In this document: piece by piece, positions 1-11,200 of the stretch
Position numbering within the stretch: position 1 is the first letter of the stretch
Layout of the letters: the number at the start of each line of letters is the position of its first letter
Assembly: GCA_963677435.1 (NCBI GenBank)
Contig: OY781945.1
Span: 1,120,001-1,184,000, forward strand
DNA length: 64,000 nucleotides
Source: an uncultured Aliarcobacter sp.
Lineage (GTDB): Bacteria; Campylobacterota; Campylobacteria; Campylobacterales; Arcobacteraceae
Reading direction: 5' to 3'
Program-made: the position numbers and the translations under genes
Notes under the pieces: model-generated
The model's input: only the letters and a program-made list of their open reading frames with translations
Database searches by the model: none
What the model was told of the DNA's origin: nothing

Positions 1-90
1 GAAATATTTTGCAATTAACAACGCTGCAAATAATCTATCTTTTAACTCTTCACCACCACCAATAGGGAAAAACATTTTTTTGTAAATCAT
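1..90 (-). CDS. Universal stress protein family, 5' part only (runs off window)
   Basis: Reverse strand reads MIYKKMFFPIGGGEELKDRLFAALLIAKYF from ATG at 90, with AAGGA RBS upstream; resembles a USP N-terminal strand/helix. Confidence 0.55.
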   Translation of the reverse strand, partial: MIYKKMFFPIGGGEELKDRLFAALLIAKYF

Positions 91-264
91 AAAAATCCTT
101 TGAGTAAATATATTATTAAATTATAGCACTAAAGATTGAAAGGAAAGTGTATTTATGAGAAAATTATTAATATAAGAAAAACAATCAATAATAATTGTCC
201 AACTAATTTTTACAAATTTAAGATTTTTAATATAAAATGAACCAATAATTAATAAGGAATTAAT

Positions 265-506
265 ATGTTAGAAATAGACCTGGGTGTGAGTGTTGTGATA
301 AAGATTTACCAGCTAATTTAGAAGGTGCATACATTTGTTCATTTGAATGTACTTTTTGTTCTGATTGTGCAAAGGAAATATTAGGATATATTTGCCCAAA
401 TTGTGGTGGAATTTTAATCCCTAGACCACTAAGAGCTCTTGAAAAATTATTAAATAGTCCAGCTTCAACTTTAAGAACTTTTAATCCTAAAATTTGTAAA
501 AAATAG
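265..506 (+). pseudogene. DUF1272-family Cys-rich protein, frameshifted at codon 4
   Basis: RBS AAGGAA then ATG TTA GAA AT|AGA CCT...; the shifted frame 276-506 reads RPGCECCDKDLP...ICSFECTFCSDCA...CPNCGG..RP.R; that frame has no start (TAA at 261). Confidence 0.75.
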
Positions 507-614
507 TATTCCAAGTATTAAATATCAGTCTAATATTATTGAAAATAATATGAAAAGAATTAAGTTCTTTAACTATTGTTATTTGCTATTATCAAGAAAA
601 AAATAAGGAATGTA

Positions 615-1877
615 ATGCAAGCAACAAAATCTGTTTATTTAGCCATATCTTCATTATTCTTCTCAATTGGATTTTTAGCAATTGGGTATGGTATGATTAT
701 GACTTTTATTGGTGTTTTTCTTAAAGAAAATGGAACATCGGATATGGTTATTGGTCTAATAAATGCTGCATTTTTTTTAGGTGCTATGGCATCTTCTATA
801 TTTAGTCAAAAGATTATTTCATCAGTTGGACATATACGAAGTTTTGTTACATTTGCATCTTTGATGGTTATTACTTTTTTACTACATTCTTTGTTTTTAA
901 ATGAGTTATTTTGGGCAATTCTTCGGCTTATTTCTGGATTTGCTTATTATGGTTTGTTAATTATCTTGGAAAGCTGGTTAAATGAAAAAAGTTCAAATGA
1001 ACAAAGAGGACAAATATTAGGAATTTATACAACAGTTTTTTATTTAGCAACAGCAATTGGACAGCTATTATTAAATATTGATGAAGATTTTAAACATATG
1101 ATTTTCTCAATTGGGGCTGTTTTAGTTCTTTTTTCTGTAGTTTTCATTGCAATGACAAAAATTGAAGAACCTATTTTAAAACCTTTTGAGAGATATAGTT
1201 TTCCAAAGCTTTACAATGTGGTTCCACTAGCTGTAACAGGAAGTTTTATAAGTGGCTTTTTTGTAGGTGGTTTTTTTACAATGATTCCTTTGTATTTAAT
1301 AAAATTGTATGATTCTAAAGAAGTAATATCTTTATTTATGGCATTTGCACTTTTGGGTGGTTTACTTTCACAATGGCCAATAGGAAAACTTTCAGATATT
1401 TATGGAAGACGAAAACTTATTGCAGCAACTGGAATTTGTACCTCATTAGTTTCATTATTATTTGTTATTTTAACTTTAAATGAAAATATGTTGTATTTTT
1501 TAGCTATTTTATTTGGCGTTAGTATTTTTTGTATTTATCCATTAAGTTTATCAAGAGCAAATGATGTAATAGATGAAAACAAAGATATTGTAGAAATAAG
1601 TCGAGCTTTACTTTTTGCATATGGTACAGGTTCTTTTTTAGCGCCAGTGATTATTGGTATCGCATTTAACTATTTTAGTCCAGAAGTACTTTTTATTATA
1701 TTTTTTATTTTAGGTATTTATTTAGCGTTATATTCATTGTCAAAAAAACGAGTAGATTATGATAAAAGAAGTGTTTTTGTTAATGTTCCTGTATCATCTA
1801 CTGTTATAATGTCAGAAATTGATCCTAGACAAGATGAAAAGTGGGTTGAAGAGCAACATAAAAATAATAATGAATAA
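615..1877 (+). CDS. MFS transporter (YcaD-like)
   Basis: ~12 TM segments; WPIGKLSDIYGRR loop motif; ESWLNE motif; start placed at ATG 615 after AAGGAA. Confidence 0.85.
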   Translation: MQATKSVYLAISSLFFSIGFLAIGYGMIMTFIGVFLKENGTSDMVIGLINAAFFLGAMASSIFSQKIISSVGHIRSFVTFASLMVITFLLHSLFLNELFWAILRLISGFAYYGLLIILESWLNEKSSNEQRGQILGIYTTVFYLATAIGQLLLNIDEDFKHMIFSIGAVLVLFSVVFIAMTKIEEPILKPFERYSFPKLYNVVPLAVTGSFISGFFVGGFFTMIPLYLIKLYDSKEVISLFMAFALLGGLLSQWPIGKLSDIYGRRKLIAATGICTSLVSLLFVILTLNENMLYFLAILFGVSIFCIYPLSLSRANDVIDENKDIVEISRALLFAYGTGSFLAPVIIGIAFNYFSPEVLFIIFFILGIYLALYSLSKKRVDYDKRSVFVNVPVSSTVIMSEIDPRQDEKWVEEQHKNNNE

Positions 1878-1915
1878 TTTTATTAAGAATTCATAAGATA
1901 ATATAGGATATTTAA

Positions 1916-2545
1916 ATGGAAATTTTTTCTAGTATTTTAATAGCATTATTTATTTATATTTTAGGAATAGCTAGTCCCGGACCTAGTAATCTGGCAATTG
2001 CTCATACTTCAATATATGCAGGAAGAAAAGCAGGAGTTTGTTTTGCTTTAGGTGTAACAATAGGATCATTTTTTTGGGGTATTTGTGCAGCTTCAGGATT
2101 ACAGCCACTTCTTAGTCGATATTCTGATCTTTTGTATATTTTAAAGATTTTAGGTGGTTTATATTTTCTTTATTTAGCCTATAACTCTTTTAAAATGCTT
2201 ATGAAAAAAGAGCAAAAAAAAGTTGAAATAAAAGAGTCTAAAAGTTATTTATCAAAATATTTCTTTTCAGGAATAATGATGCACTTATTAAATCCAAAAG
2301 CAATTGCAGTTTGGATTGCAATTATTGCAGTTGCTTTACCAAATGGACAAAATACAATGTCAATATATTTACCTGTTATACTTTGTTTACCTTTTGGAAT
2401 AGTAGTTTTTATAGGTTATGCTTTTATGTTTTCTAATGAAAAGGTAGTTAATAAATATTTTAACTTTAAAAAGTATATTGATGGTTTTATAGGAGTGACT
2501 TTTTCAATTGTAGGATGTAAACTTTTGTTCGATAGCAATAAATAA
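1916..2545 (+). CDS. LysE/RhtB family translocator
   Basis: SPGPS N-terminal motif, LNPKA motif, hydrophobic 209 aa. Confidence 0.9.
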   Translation: MEIFSSILIALFIYILGIASPGPSNLAIAHTSIYAGRKAGVCFALGVTIGSFFWGICAASGLQPLLSRYSDLLYILKILGGLYFLYLAYNSFKMLMKKEQKKVEIKESKSYLSKYFFSGIMMHLLNPKAIAVWIAIIAVALPNGQNTMSIYLPVILCLPFGIVVFIGYAFMFSNEKVVNKYFNFKKYIDGFIGVTFSIVGCKLLFDSNK

Positions 2546-2586
2546 GAGTTTTATTAGGATTTTTTGCATTCATTTTACATTTTTTT

Positions 2587-5238
2587 TTGATATACTCAGA
2601 TAATTTTATTAAGAGGGCTATTTTGTATTTACTAAAAATAATTAAATTCTTATTTGTTCTAATAATTTTACTTACTCAATCAATATATGCAAAAGAATTA
2701 AAAAAAGTTACATTACAATTGTCTTGGTTTGATCAGTTTCAATTTGCAGGTTATTATATGGCCAAACAAAAAGGTTTTTATGAGGATTTAGGTTTAGATG
2801 TTGAAATAAAACCTTTTGAATTTGGTGTAGATATTCCTAAAAGTGTGAATGATGGAAAAATCGATTTTGCAGTAGGAAGAGAAACTTTAATTCTTGAGCG
2901 AATAAAGAATCCCAATATCGTTGCTTTATATGCTTTGTTTCAATCAACACCATTGGTCTTATTAAGTACCAAAGAATCTGGAATTAATAGTATAAACGAT
3001 TTTTCTAATAAAAGAATTATGACTACAATAGATGATGCTAGTGAAGTTTCACTAAAAGCAATGATAACTTCAAATAAAGTAAAAATTGAAAATTTAACAT
3101 TTTTAAAACATACTCATAATATAGATGATTTACTCAATAAAAAAACAGATGTTATTTCAGCATATATTTCAAAAGCTCCCTTTTGGTTGCAAAAAGAAGG
3201 AATAGATTATAATATTTTTGATCCAAAGAAATATGGCTTTGATATGTATAGTGATATGTTATATACAAATCAAAACCTTATTAATTATGATTTGAATACA
3301 GTTTTATTATTTAAAAAAGCATCATTAAAAGGTTGGGAGTATGCATATGCAAACCCCCAAGAGAGTGTTGATGTAATACTAAATAACTATAATAGTCAAA
3401 ATTTACAAAAAGATGAACTTTTATATGAAGAAAGGGAATTGAAAAAACTATCTTATTTTAAAACTTCTAATCTGGGAGAAATCAGAAAAGATAAAATTCA
3501 AAGAATTTATGATTTGTACAATGTAATGGGATTAGTACCAAGCCCTATAAATATAGATAAATTTGTTTTTGATATAAATAATTTAAATAATTCAACTTTT
3601 TCCGCAAAAGAGACTAAATATGTAGAAGAAAGAGATAGTATTAAAATGTGTATTATGCCAGATAGTATGCCATATAGTGATATAAAAGATGGAGAATTTA
3701 CAGGATTTGTTGCTGATTATATATCTTTAATAGAAGAAAAAATAAAAAAACCTATAACTTTAGTTCCTACAAATACCTGGAAAGAATCTTTAGAGTTTGC
3801 AAAAGATAGAAAGTGTGATATATTATCATCTGCTACTCAAACAAAAGAGCGTGAGAATAATTTTAATTTTACAAAATCTTATATTGATATTCCTTTTGTT
3901 CTTTTAACAAAAAGTGATACTTCTTTTATTAGTGATCTTTCTTCTTTAAAAAATAAGAAAGTTTCTATTGTTGAAGATTATGCAATTTTAGATTTACTAA
4001 AAAGTAAATATAGAAATATTGAGTTTGTAAAAGTTGAAAATATTGATGAAGGATTAAAAAAAGTTATTGATAAAGAAGTTTTTGGACATATTGATACAAT
4101 ATCAACCTCTTGGTATAAATTACAAACAAAATACTTAACACAAGTTGCTGTTTCAGCCAAACTTGATGAAAGTGTAAGTTTATCAATTGCTGTTAGAAAT
4201 GATGAACCTATTTTATTTGATGTTTTTCAAAAAGCAGTTTTAAGTATTGATGATTTTACAAAAAATGAGATGCTTAACAAATGGATTTCTATTGAATATA
4301 AAAAAGAGTTTGATTATTCTATTTTATGGAAAGTATTTGTAGTTCTTATAATTATTTTTATTTTATATAGACAAAAACTTTTAAATAAATTAAATAATAA
4401 TTTAAAAAGAAAAGTTGAAGAAAAAACTAAAGCACTAAGGGATATAAATAGTCAATTAGAAATTAGAATAAAAAAAGAAGTTGAAGAAAATTTGAAAAAA
4501 GATAGACTTTTATCGCAACAACAAAAAATGGTTTCTATGGGACAAATGATAGAAAATATTGCACATCAATGGAGACAACCTTTATCTTTAATTACTACTG
4601 GTGTTAGTGGTATAAAAATTAAAAAAGAGTTAAATGATTTAGATGATAAATTTTTGTATGATACTTTAGATTCTATTTTGAATACTTCAAAATATTTATC
4701 AAACACTATTGATGATTTTAGATATTTTTTTAAACCACAAAAAAAGAAAGAAAATTTTTATTTAGAAAATTGTTGTAATAAAACAGTAGATTTAATGAAT
4801 CCAAATTTTTTAACTAGAAAGATAAAAATAATAAAAAATATAAAAAATATAAAAATTTTTGGATATGAAACTGAGTTAATTCAAGTTTTGATTAATATTT
4901 TAAATAATTCAAAAGATGCTCTAGAATTTTCACAAAATGAAGATAAGATTATCTATATTAATATCTTTGAAGAGAATAATAAAGCTATTATTGAAATAAA
5001 AGATAATGCGGGTGGAATTGATGAAAAAATCATTGATAAAATTTTTGAACCATATTTTACAACTAAACATCAAAGTCAAGGAACAGGAATAGGTTTATTT
5101 ATGTGTCAAGAGATAATTAACAAACATATGAATGGTAAAATATATATTTCAAATACAAGTTTTAATTATAAAAATAAGAGTTATAAAGGAACTTTAACAA
5201 AAATTATTTTAGAAAATTTGATAAAAGATATTAATTAA
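2587..5238 (+). CDS. Sensor histidine kinase with NMT1/THI5-like and PBP2 periplasmic domains
   Basis: LQLSWFDQFQFAGYY (NMT1-like); H-box IAHQWRQPL; N-box NILNNSKDA; DNAGG, FEPYFTTK, GTGIGL. Start codon uncertain. Confidence 0.9.
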   Translation: MIYSDNFIKRAILYLLKIIKFLFVLIILLTQSIYAKELKKVTLQLSWFDQFQFAGYYMAKQKGFYEDLGLDVEIKPFEFGVDIPKSVNDGKIDFAVGRETLILERIKNPNIVALYALFQSTPLVLLSTKESGINSINDFSNKRIMTTIDDASEVSLKAMITSNKVKIENLTFLKHTHNIDDLLNKKTDVISAYISKAPFWLQKEGIDYNIFDPKKYGFDMYSDMLYTNQNLINYDLNTVLLFKKASLKGWEYAYANPQESVDVILNNYNSQNLQKDELLYEERELKKLSYFKTSNLGEIRKDKIQRIYDLYNVMGLVPSPINIDKFVFDINNLNNSTFSAKETKYVEERDSIKMCIMPDSMPYSDIKDGEFTGFVADYISLIEEKIKKPITLVPTNTWKESLEFAKDRKCDILSSATQTKERENNFNFTKSYIDIPFVLLTKSDTSFISDLSSLKNKKVSIVEDYAILDLLKSKYRNIEFVKVENIDEGLKKVIDKEVFGHIDTISTSWYKLQTKYLTQVAVSAKLDESVSLSIAVRNDEPILFDVFQKAVLSIDDFTKNEMLNKWISIEYKKEFDYSILWKVFVVLIIIFILYRQKLLNKLNNNLKRKVEEKTKALRDINSQLEIRIKKEVEENLKKDRLLSQQQKMVSMGQMIENIAHQWRQPLSLITTGVSGIKIKKELNDLDDKFLYDTLDSILNTSKYLSNTIDDFRYFFKPQKKKENFYLENCCNKTVDLMNPNFLTRKIKIIKNIKNIKIFGYETELIQVLINILNNSKDALEFSQNEDKIIYINIFEENNKAIIEIKDNAGGIDEKIIDKIFEPYFTTKHQSQGTGIGLFMCQEIINKHMNGKIYISNTSFNYKNKSYKGTLTKIILENLIKDIN

Positions 5239-5304
5239 AAGTTTAGCCATTACCAAATTATCTTTAGATATAATCTTTTTAATAAAAAATAATTAGGACA
5301 AGTA

Positions 5305-6579
5305 TTGAATTGGTTAGAAATAGATAAAGAATATGTATGGCATCCTTATAACTCACTTCCTTCAAAAACAAAAATTTTACCAGTTACTTCTACAAATAAA
5401 ACTTCAATTTTTTTACAAACAGGTGAAGAATTAATTGATGGTATGAGTTCTTGGTGGAGTGCAATTCATGGATATAATAATCCTGTATTAAATGAAGCAC
5501 TAAAAAAACAAGTTGAAATTATGCCTCATATTATGTTTGGTGGACTGGCCCACGAACAAGCTAGTTTATTAACAAAAAAGTTAGTTGATTTAACAAAACT
5601 TCATAGTGTTTTTTTATGTGATAGTGGTTCAGTTTCTGTTGAAGTTGCATTAAAAACTGCAATTCTTTATCAAAAAGCAAAGGGTTTAAAAAAATATAAA
5701 TTCTTAGCACTTGAAAATGCTTATCATGGCGATACATTAGGTGCTATGAGTGTTTGTGACCCACAAAATTCTATGCATAGTATTTATGGTTCATATTTAA
5801 GTGAGAATATCTTTACCAAAGCTCCAGCTTTAGGATTTCAATCTGATTGTAGTGATGAGATTGAAATCTTAGAAAACAATTTTGAAAAACATCATAATGA
5901 AATTGCAGCTTTTATTCTTGAACCTATTGTTCAAGGTGCAGGTGGAATGAGAATTTATAATCCACAGTATCTAAAAAAAGCTAGAGAATTATGTACAAAA
6001 TATGATATTTTATTAATTGCAGATGAAATAGCAACAGGTTTTGGACATACAGGGCGTATGTTTGCATGTGAATGGGCAGAAATTAAACCTGATATAATGA
6101 CTCTTGGAAAAGGTTTAACAGGTGGTTACATGACAATGGCTGCAATGATTACTTCAAGAGATGTAAGTCAAGTAATTTCAAATAGCGAAATTGGCGTACT
6201 TATGCATGGTCCAACATTTATGGCAAATCCACTTGCTTGTAGTATCGCAAATGCAAGTATTGATTTACTTTTAAGTTCTTCATGGCTGCAAAATGTAAAT
6301 AAAATCCAAGATATTTTTTCCCAAGAATTAGAATTTGCAAAAGATCTAAAATTAGTAAAAGATGTTCGAAATATTGGAGCTATAGGAATTATTGAATTAA
6401 AAGATGATATTTATGCTCAAATGATTCAAGATTATTGTGTAAAAAATGGTGTTTGGATACGACCTTTTGGAAAACTTATTTATTCAATTGTTGCATATAC
6501 TATAGAAGACAATGATTTGAAAAAGATAGTTAAGACAATGATTGAAGCCATTAAAAGCTTAGAAGAAAAAGAATTATAA
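5305..6579 (+). CDS. bioA: Adenosylmethionine-8-amino-7-oxononanoate aminotransferase
   Basis: WHPY, DGMSSWW, YHGDT, DEIATGFG, PLP-lysine LGKGLTGG, HGPTFMANP. Confidence 0.95.
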   Translation: MNWLEIDKEYVWHPYNSLPSKTKILPVTSTNKTSIFLQTGEELIDGMSSWWSAIHGYNNPVLNEALKKQVEIMPHIMFGGLAHEQASLLTKKLVDLTKLHSVFLCDSGSVSVEVALKTAILYQKAKGLKKYKFLALENAYHGDTLGAMSVCDPQNSMHSIYGSYLSENIFTKAPALGFQSDCSDEIEILENNFEKHHNEIAAFILEPIVQGAGGMRIYNPQYLKKARELCTKYDILLIADEIATGFGHTGRMFACEWAEIKPDIMTLGKGLTGGYMTMAAMITSRDVSQVISNSEIGVLMHGPTFMANPLACSIANASIDLLLSSSWLQNVNKIQDIFSQELEFAKDLKLVKDVRNIGAIGIIELKDDIYAQMIQDYCVKNGVWIRPFGKLIYSIVAYTIEDNDLKKIVKTMIEAIKSLEEKEL

Positions 6580-7235
6580 TGAAAAAAGATAATCTAAAAA
6601 AACTAGTATCTAATTTACCAAAATATCCTAATATATTAGGTCGTGATAGATTTTTTAATAGTGCTGTTTTAATTCCTCTTGTAAAAATAAAAGGTGAATA
6701 TCATCTTTTATTTCAAAAAAGAGCAGCAACTATTAGGCAAGGTGGAGATATTTGTTTCCCTGGTGGTGGTTTTGAAAAAGGTATTGATAATAATTTTAAA
6801 GATACAGCTTTAAGGGAAACTTTTGAAGAGTTAGGAATCCAAAAAAAAGATATAAAAATTTTAGGACAACTTGATACTTATATTGCACCAATTGGAACGG
6901 TGATAGAACCTTTTGTTGCAAAAGTTAAGAAAAAAGCTTATGAAAATATGAAAATCGATTCTAGTGAAGTTGAAAAAACTTTTTTAATTCCAATCTCATT
7001 TTTTAGAGAAACACAAGCTGAAGAGTATACCTTAGCCCATGAAATACATCCTTATAAAATTAATAATGAGGGAGAAAAAGAGATTTATTTCCCTGTTGAA
7101 GAGTTAGGTCTTCCAGAAGCTTATAGAAAACCTTGGGGACATAAACGACATAAAATTTGGGTTTATAAATACGGTGGAGAAGTAATCTGGGGGATTACTT
7201 CGGTTTTAATAAAAGAGTTAATAGCTAAGTATTAA
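6579..7235 (+). CDS. Nudix hydrolase, CoA pyrophosphatase-like
   Basis: SAVLIPL, QGGDICFPGG, ALRETFEELG Nudix box, IWGIT. Confidence 0.85.
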   Translation: MKKDNLKKLVSNLPKYPNILGRDRFFNSAVLIPLVKIKGEYHLLFQKRAATIRQGGDICFPGGGFEKGIDNNFKDTALRETFEELGIQKKDIKILGQLDTYIAPIGTVIEPFVAKVKKKAYENMKIDSSEVEKTFLIPISFFRETQAEEYTLAHEIHPYKINNEGEKEIYFPVEELGLPEAYRKPWGHKRHKIWVYKYGGEVIWGITSVLIKELIAKY

Positions 7236-7573
7236 ATAGTCATTACAGACCAAGTATCATCTTTTAAAGCTTTTGTTAAAAGCTCACCAGTATGTGTGAT
7301 TTCAATATTTAAATTTTCTAAAATAGATGTTGCTTCATAATCCTCAACACAAACTATACAAGCACTCATTTTGACACCCGTATCTTGTATCTTTTTTAGC
7401 TGTTCTTGTATTTGTAAGTTGTTTTTTGCAAGTAATATTGAAGGCCCCCAAAGCATAAGATGAGCAGTTTTCCAATATTCTCTTTCTAAAATAACAGAAG
7501 AATACAAAAGTGGGAATTTATTAGCCACTTCTATATCACCATTTGTCCAAACTATTAGTAGATTTTCTTTCAT
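7232..7573 (-). CDS. DsrE-family protein
   Basis: LMLWGPS and ACIVC motifs, 113 aa. Confidence 0.7.
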   Translation of the reverse strand: MKENLLIVWTNGDIEVANKFPLLYSSVILEREYWKTAHLMLWGPSILLAKNNLQIQEQLKKIQDTGVKMSACIVCVEDYEATSILENLNIEITHTGELLTKALKDDTWSVMTI

Positions 7574-7633
7574 TTAAAAAGCCTTTGGTTATAATTTTTG
7601 TAAGATTATATAATAAATTTTAAAGGATATAAA

Positions 7634-8248
7634 ATGAATAGAATATTATTGGGTAATAGTGAGATTTTTCCATCAAAAGTTGTATGTATTGGACGAAACT
7701 ATATTGATCATATAAATGAATTAAATAATGAGATACCAGAAGATATGGTTTTTTTCATAAAACCAAATTCAGCAATTTCTGATAAATTAATTTTCCCAAA
7801 GAATCAAGATTCTTGTCATTATGAAGCAGAGATTTCATTTTTAATTGAAAATGACAAAATAACAGCTCTTGCTTTTGGCTTAGATTTGACTTTAAGAGAA
7901 GTTCAAAGTAAATTAAAACAAAAAGGTCTTCCATGGGAGAGAGCAAAAGCTTTTGATGGTGCGGCAGTTTTCTCAAAATTTGTAAGTTTCAGTGGTGATA
8001 TTTCAAAACTTGAACTTGAACTTTATATAAATGGTGAATTAAAACAAAAAGGTGATTACTCTTTAATGATAAATAAACCATATGACATTATTAATGAAGC
8101 TAAAACTTTCTTAACTTTTGAAGATGGCGATATATTAATGAGTGGAACTCCAAAAGGTGTTGGAGCATTTAAAATAGGTGATGAATTTCTTGGAAAAATA
8201 TTAGTAAATGGCGAGATAATCATAGAAGAAAGTTTTAAAGTTTCATAA
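7634..8248 (+). CDS. Fumarylacetoacetate hydrolase family protein
   Basis: KVVCIGRNY, HYEAE, DLTLR, PWERAKAFD, SGTPKGVG. Confidence 0.92.
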   Translation: MNRILLGNSEIFPSKVVCIGRNYIDHINELNNEIPEDMVFFIKPNSAISDKLIFPKNQDSCHYEAEISFLIENDKITALAFGLDLTLREVQSKLKQKGLPWERAKAFDGAAVFSKFVSFSGDISKLELELYINGELKQKGDYSLMINKPYDIINEAKTFLTFEDGDILMSGTPKGVGAFKIGDEFLGKILVNGEIIIEESFKVS

Positions 8249-8299
8249 TAGATAATATTACTATGTTATAATATTCTCAATTGGAAGAAAGGAGTATAA

Positions 8300-11200
8300 A
8301 TGAAATATTTTATTCTTATTGTTATTTTTATAAGTGCACTTTTTTCTTCTGTAATTGAGGATAATAAATCTGTATTTACTGCTGAAGAATTACAATGGAT
8401 TAAAGATAATCCAGTTGTTAAAATTGGAGCTGATTCAAATTGGCCACCATTTGAGTATTTAAATGAATCGGGAAAATATGAAGGAATTGCATCTGATTAT
8501 TTAGAAATATTGAGTAAATATACAGGCTTAAAATTTGAAGTTTATGCAGATGATTGGTATAGTGTAATAACAAAAATAAAAGAGAAAAAGCTAGATATGT
8601 TAGCTTGTGTTGCAAGAACAGAAGATAGAGAGAAATATTTAAATTATTCAAATCCTTATTTAACAATAGATGTTGTTGTTATTGGAAAAAAAGATTTAAA
8701 AATCAAAAAATTTGATGAAATCAAAAATTATGTAGTTGCAGTTCAAAAAGACAATTTTGTTTATGAAAGATTAGTCAAAAAATACCCTAATATGAAATTT
8801 GTATTTGCAAAATCAAATAAAGAAGCTTTTGAATTAGTATCTTATGGAAAAGCAGATATTTTTATTGGAAATATGCCAGTATTTTCTTATTTTGTTCAAA
8901 AAGAGTTATATACAAATATAGAAGTTAAATTCAAAGCTGATTTTGACAAAATTGATTTATCTATGGCTGTGCTAAAAGAAAATCAAACACTATTTAATAT
9001 TATTCAAAAAGTTATGCCATTAATTATTCAAAAAGAAGAAGATAAAATAAATAAAAAATGGATATTTGAATTAGATGAAAAAAAGAAAAAAATCAATTTT
9101 ACAAAAGAAGAAATTGATTGGATAAAACATACTCCAATACTTAAAATTTCAGGGGATCCAGCTTGGCCACCGTACTCTTTTTATGATGAAAATGAAAATC
9201 ATATAGGTATGATTCCTGATTTAGTTAATGAAGTTTTTAAAGATAGTAATATCAAAGTTGAGTATGTAAAAACTAATTCTTGGTCTCAAACATTAGATTT
9301 AATTAAAGAAAAAAAAATAGATTTAATAGATTCCATATCTTATTATCCTTCACGGGATAAATTCTTAAATTTTTCTAATAAATACATGGGAACAGAAATA
9401 GTAATAATTGCAAATAATAAAGAATCTAACTATGTAAATTCTCTTAATAATATTTCCAATAAAATTATTGCAACAGGGAAAGGCTATTTAGTTAGTGAAG
9501 AGATTAAACATGATTTCCCTCAAATTAAAAATATTAAAGAATATGATACACCGTTGGAAGGCTTAAAAGATTTATCAAATTCAAGAATAGATTATTTTAT
9601 AATGGATATTCCTTCTTTTGAGTTTTATAGTAAAAAATATAGCATAAGTAATCTAAAAATTGTAGGGCCAACTGGTTACAACTATAAATATGGTTTTGGC
9701 GTAAAAAAAGATGATGAAATATTAGTTTCAATTTTAAATAAATTATTAGAGAATGTTTCTTCTAGTAAAAAAGATGAAATCTATAGAAAATGGGTAAAAG
9801 TTGAATATGAGCAAAAAATTGATTATGATTTAATTTGGAAAATATTAAGTATTTCAATAATCATATTGTCAATTATCTTTTATTGGAATAGAAAGTTAAA
9901 ACAAGAGATTAGAGAAAAAGAGAAAATACAAAAAGAGCTAGAAACTGAACGAAATAATATTAGTTCTTTAAATGAAGAGTTAAAAAAAGCAAAAGATATA
10001 GCTGAAAATGTTGCAAAACAAAAAAGTGAATTTTTAGCAAATATGAGCCATGAAATTAGAACTCCTATGAATTCAGTAATAGGTTTTACTGAGATTTTAG
10101 ATAAAGAGATACAAAATCCACTCCATAAAGAGTATCTAAATTCAATAAAAAAAGGTGGTAATTCTCTTCTTAGAATAATAAATGATATTTTAGATTTATC
10201 AAAAATTGAAGCTGGTAAATTAGAAATTAGAAATGAATCACTAAACCCTAGAAATATGTTTTTAGAAATTGAATCAATATTTCACTCAAAGATAATAAGT
10301 AAAAATATAACTTTTGTTCTAGATATTGATAAAAATATTCCTAAATATATAATAATTGATGGAGTTAGAATAAGACAAATTTTATTTAATTTAATTGGAA
10401 ATGCAATTAAATTTACTGAAAGAGGGCAAATAAAATTAAAAGTTGAAAATCTTTATAAAGATAATATAAAAAGTAAAATAGATTTAATATTTAGTGTAGA
10501 AGATACAGGAATTGGAATAGATGAAAAAAACTTGATTTCTATTTTTAATGCTTTTGAGCAAGTATCAAATTTTGATGTTGCAAAATATGGTGGAACAGGA
10601 TTAGGACTTGCTATTTGTGCAAAATTAGTTCATATGTTAAATGGTGAAATTAAAGTACAAAGTCAAAGAAACAAAGGCTCAATATTTACAGTGATTTTAA
10701 AAGATATTCCAGTTAGCTCTATTGAAGAAGAGATTACTCCTTCAAAATTTTTAGCTTCAAATATTGAATTTGAAAAAGCACAAATATTAGTTGTAGATGA
10801 TATAGAAGAAAATAGAAAATTGGTGCAAGCTAGTTTAAAAGAGTTTGATATAAACTTAGTTATGGCTCAAAATGGAAAAGAAGCTATAGAAAAACTTAGA
10901 AATATTAATATTGATTTGATTTTAATGGATTTAAGAATGCCTGTTATGGATGGATATGAAGCTGCAAATATTATAAAAAATGATTCTAAATTAAAAACTA
11001 TTCCCTTAATTGCATTAACAGCATCAGTAATGGGAAAAGATTTGGAAAAAGTATCAAAATTTGGTTTTGATGGATATTTGAGAAAGCCAGTTATTTTAGA
11101 TGATTTAATTGAAGAGTTATCAAAATATATAAAATATCATTTAAAAAATGAAAATATAATAGAAAAAAATGATAATAAAATTATGAATCCTAATAAATTA

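Noticed and set aside
260..514. 84-aa minus-strand ORF in the track
   Set aside because: Antisense shadow of the frameshifted DUF1272 gene on the plus strand
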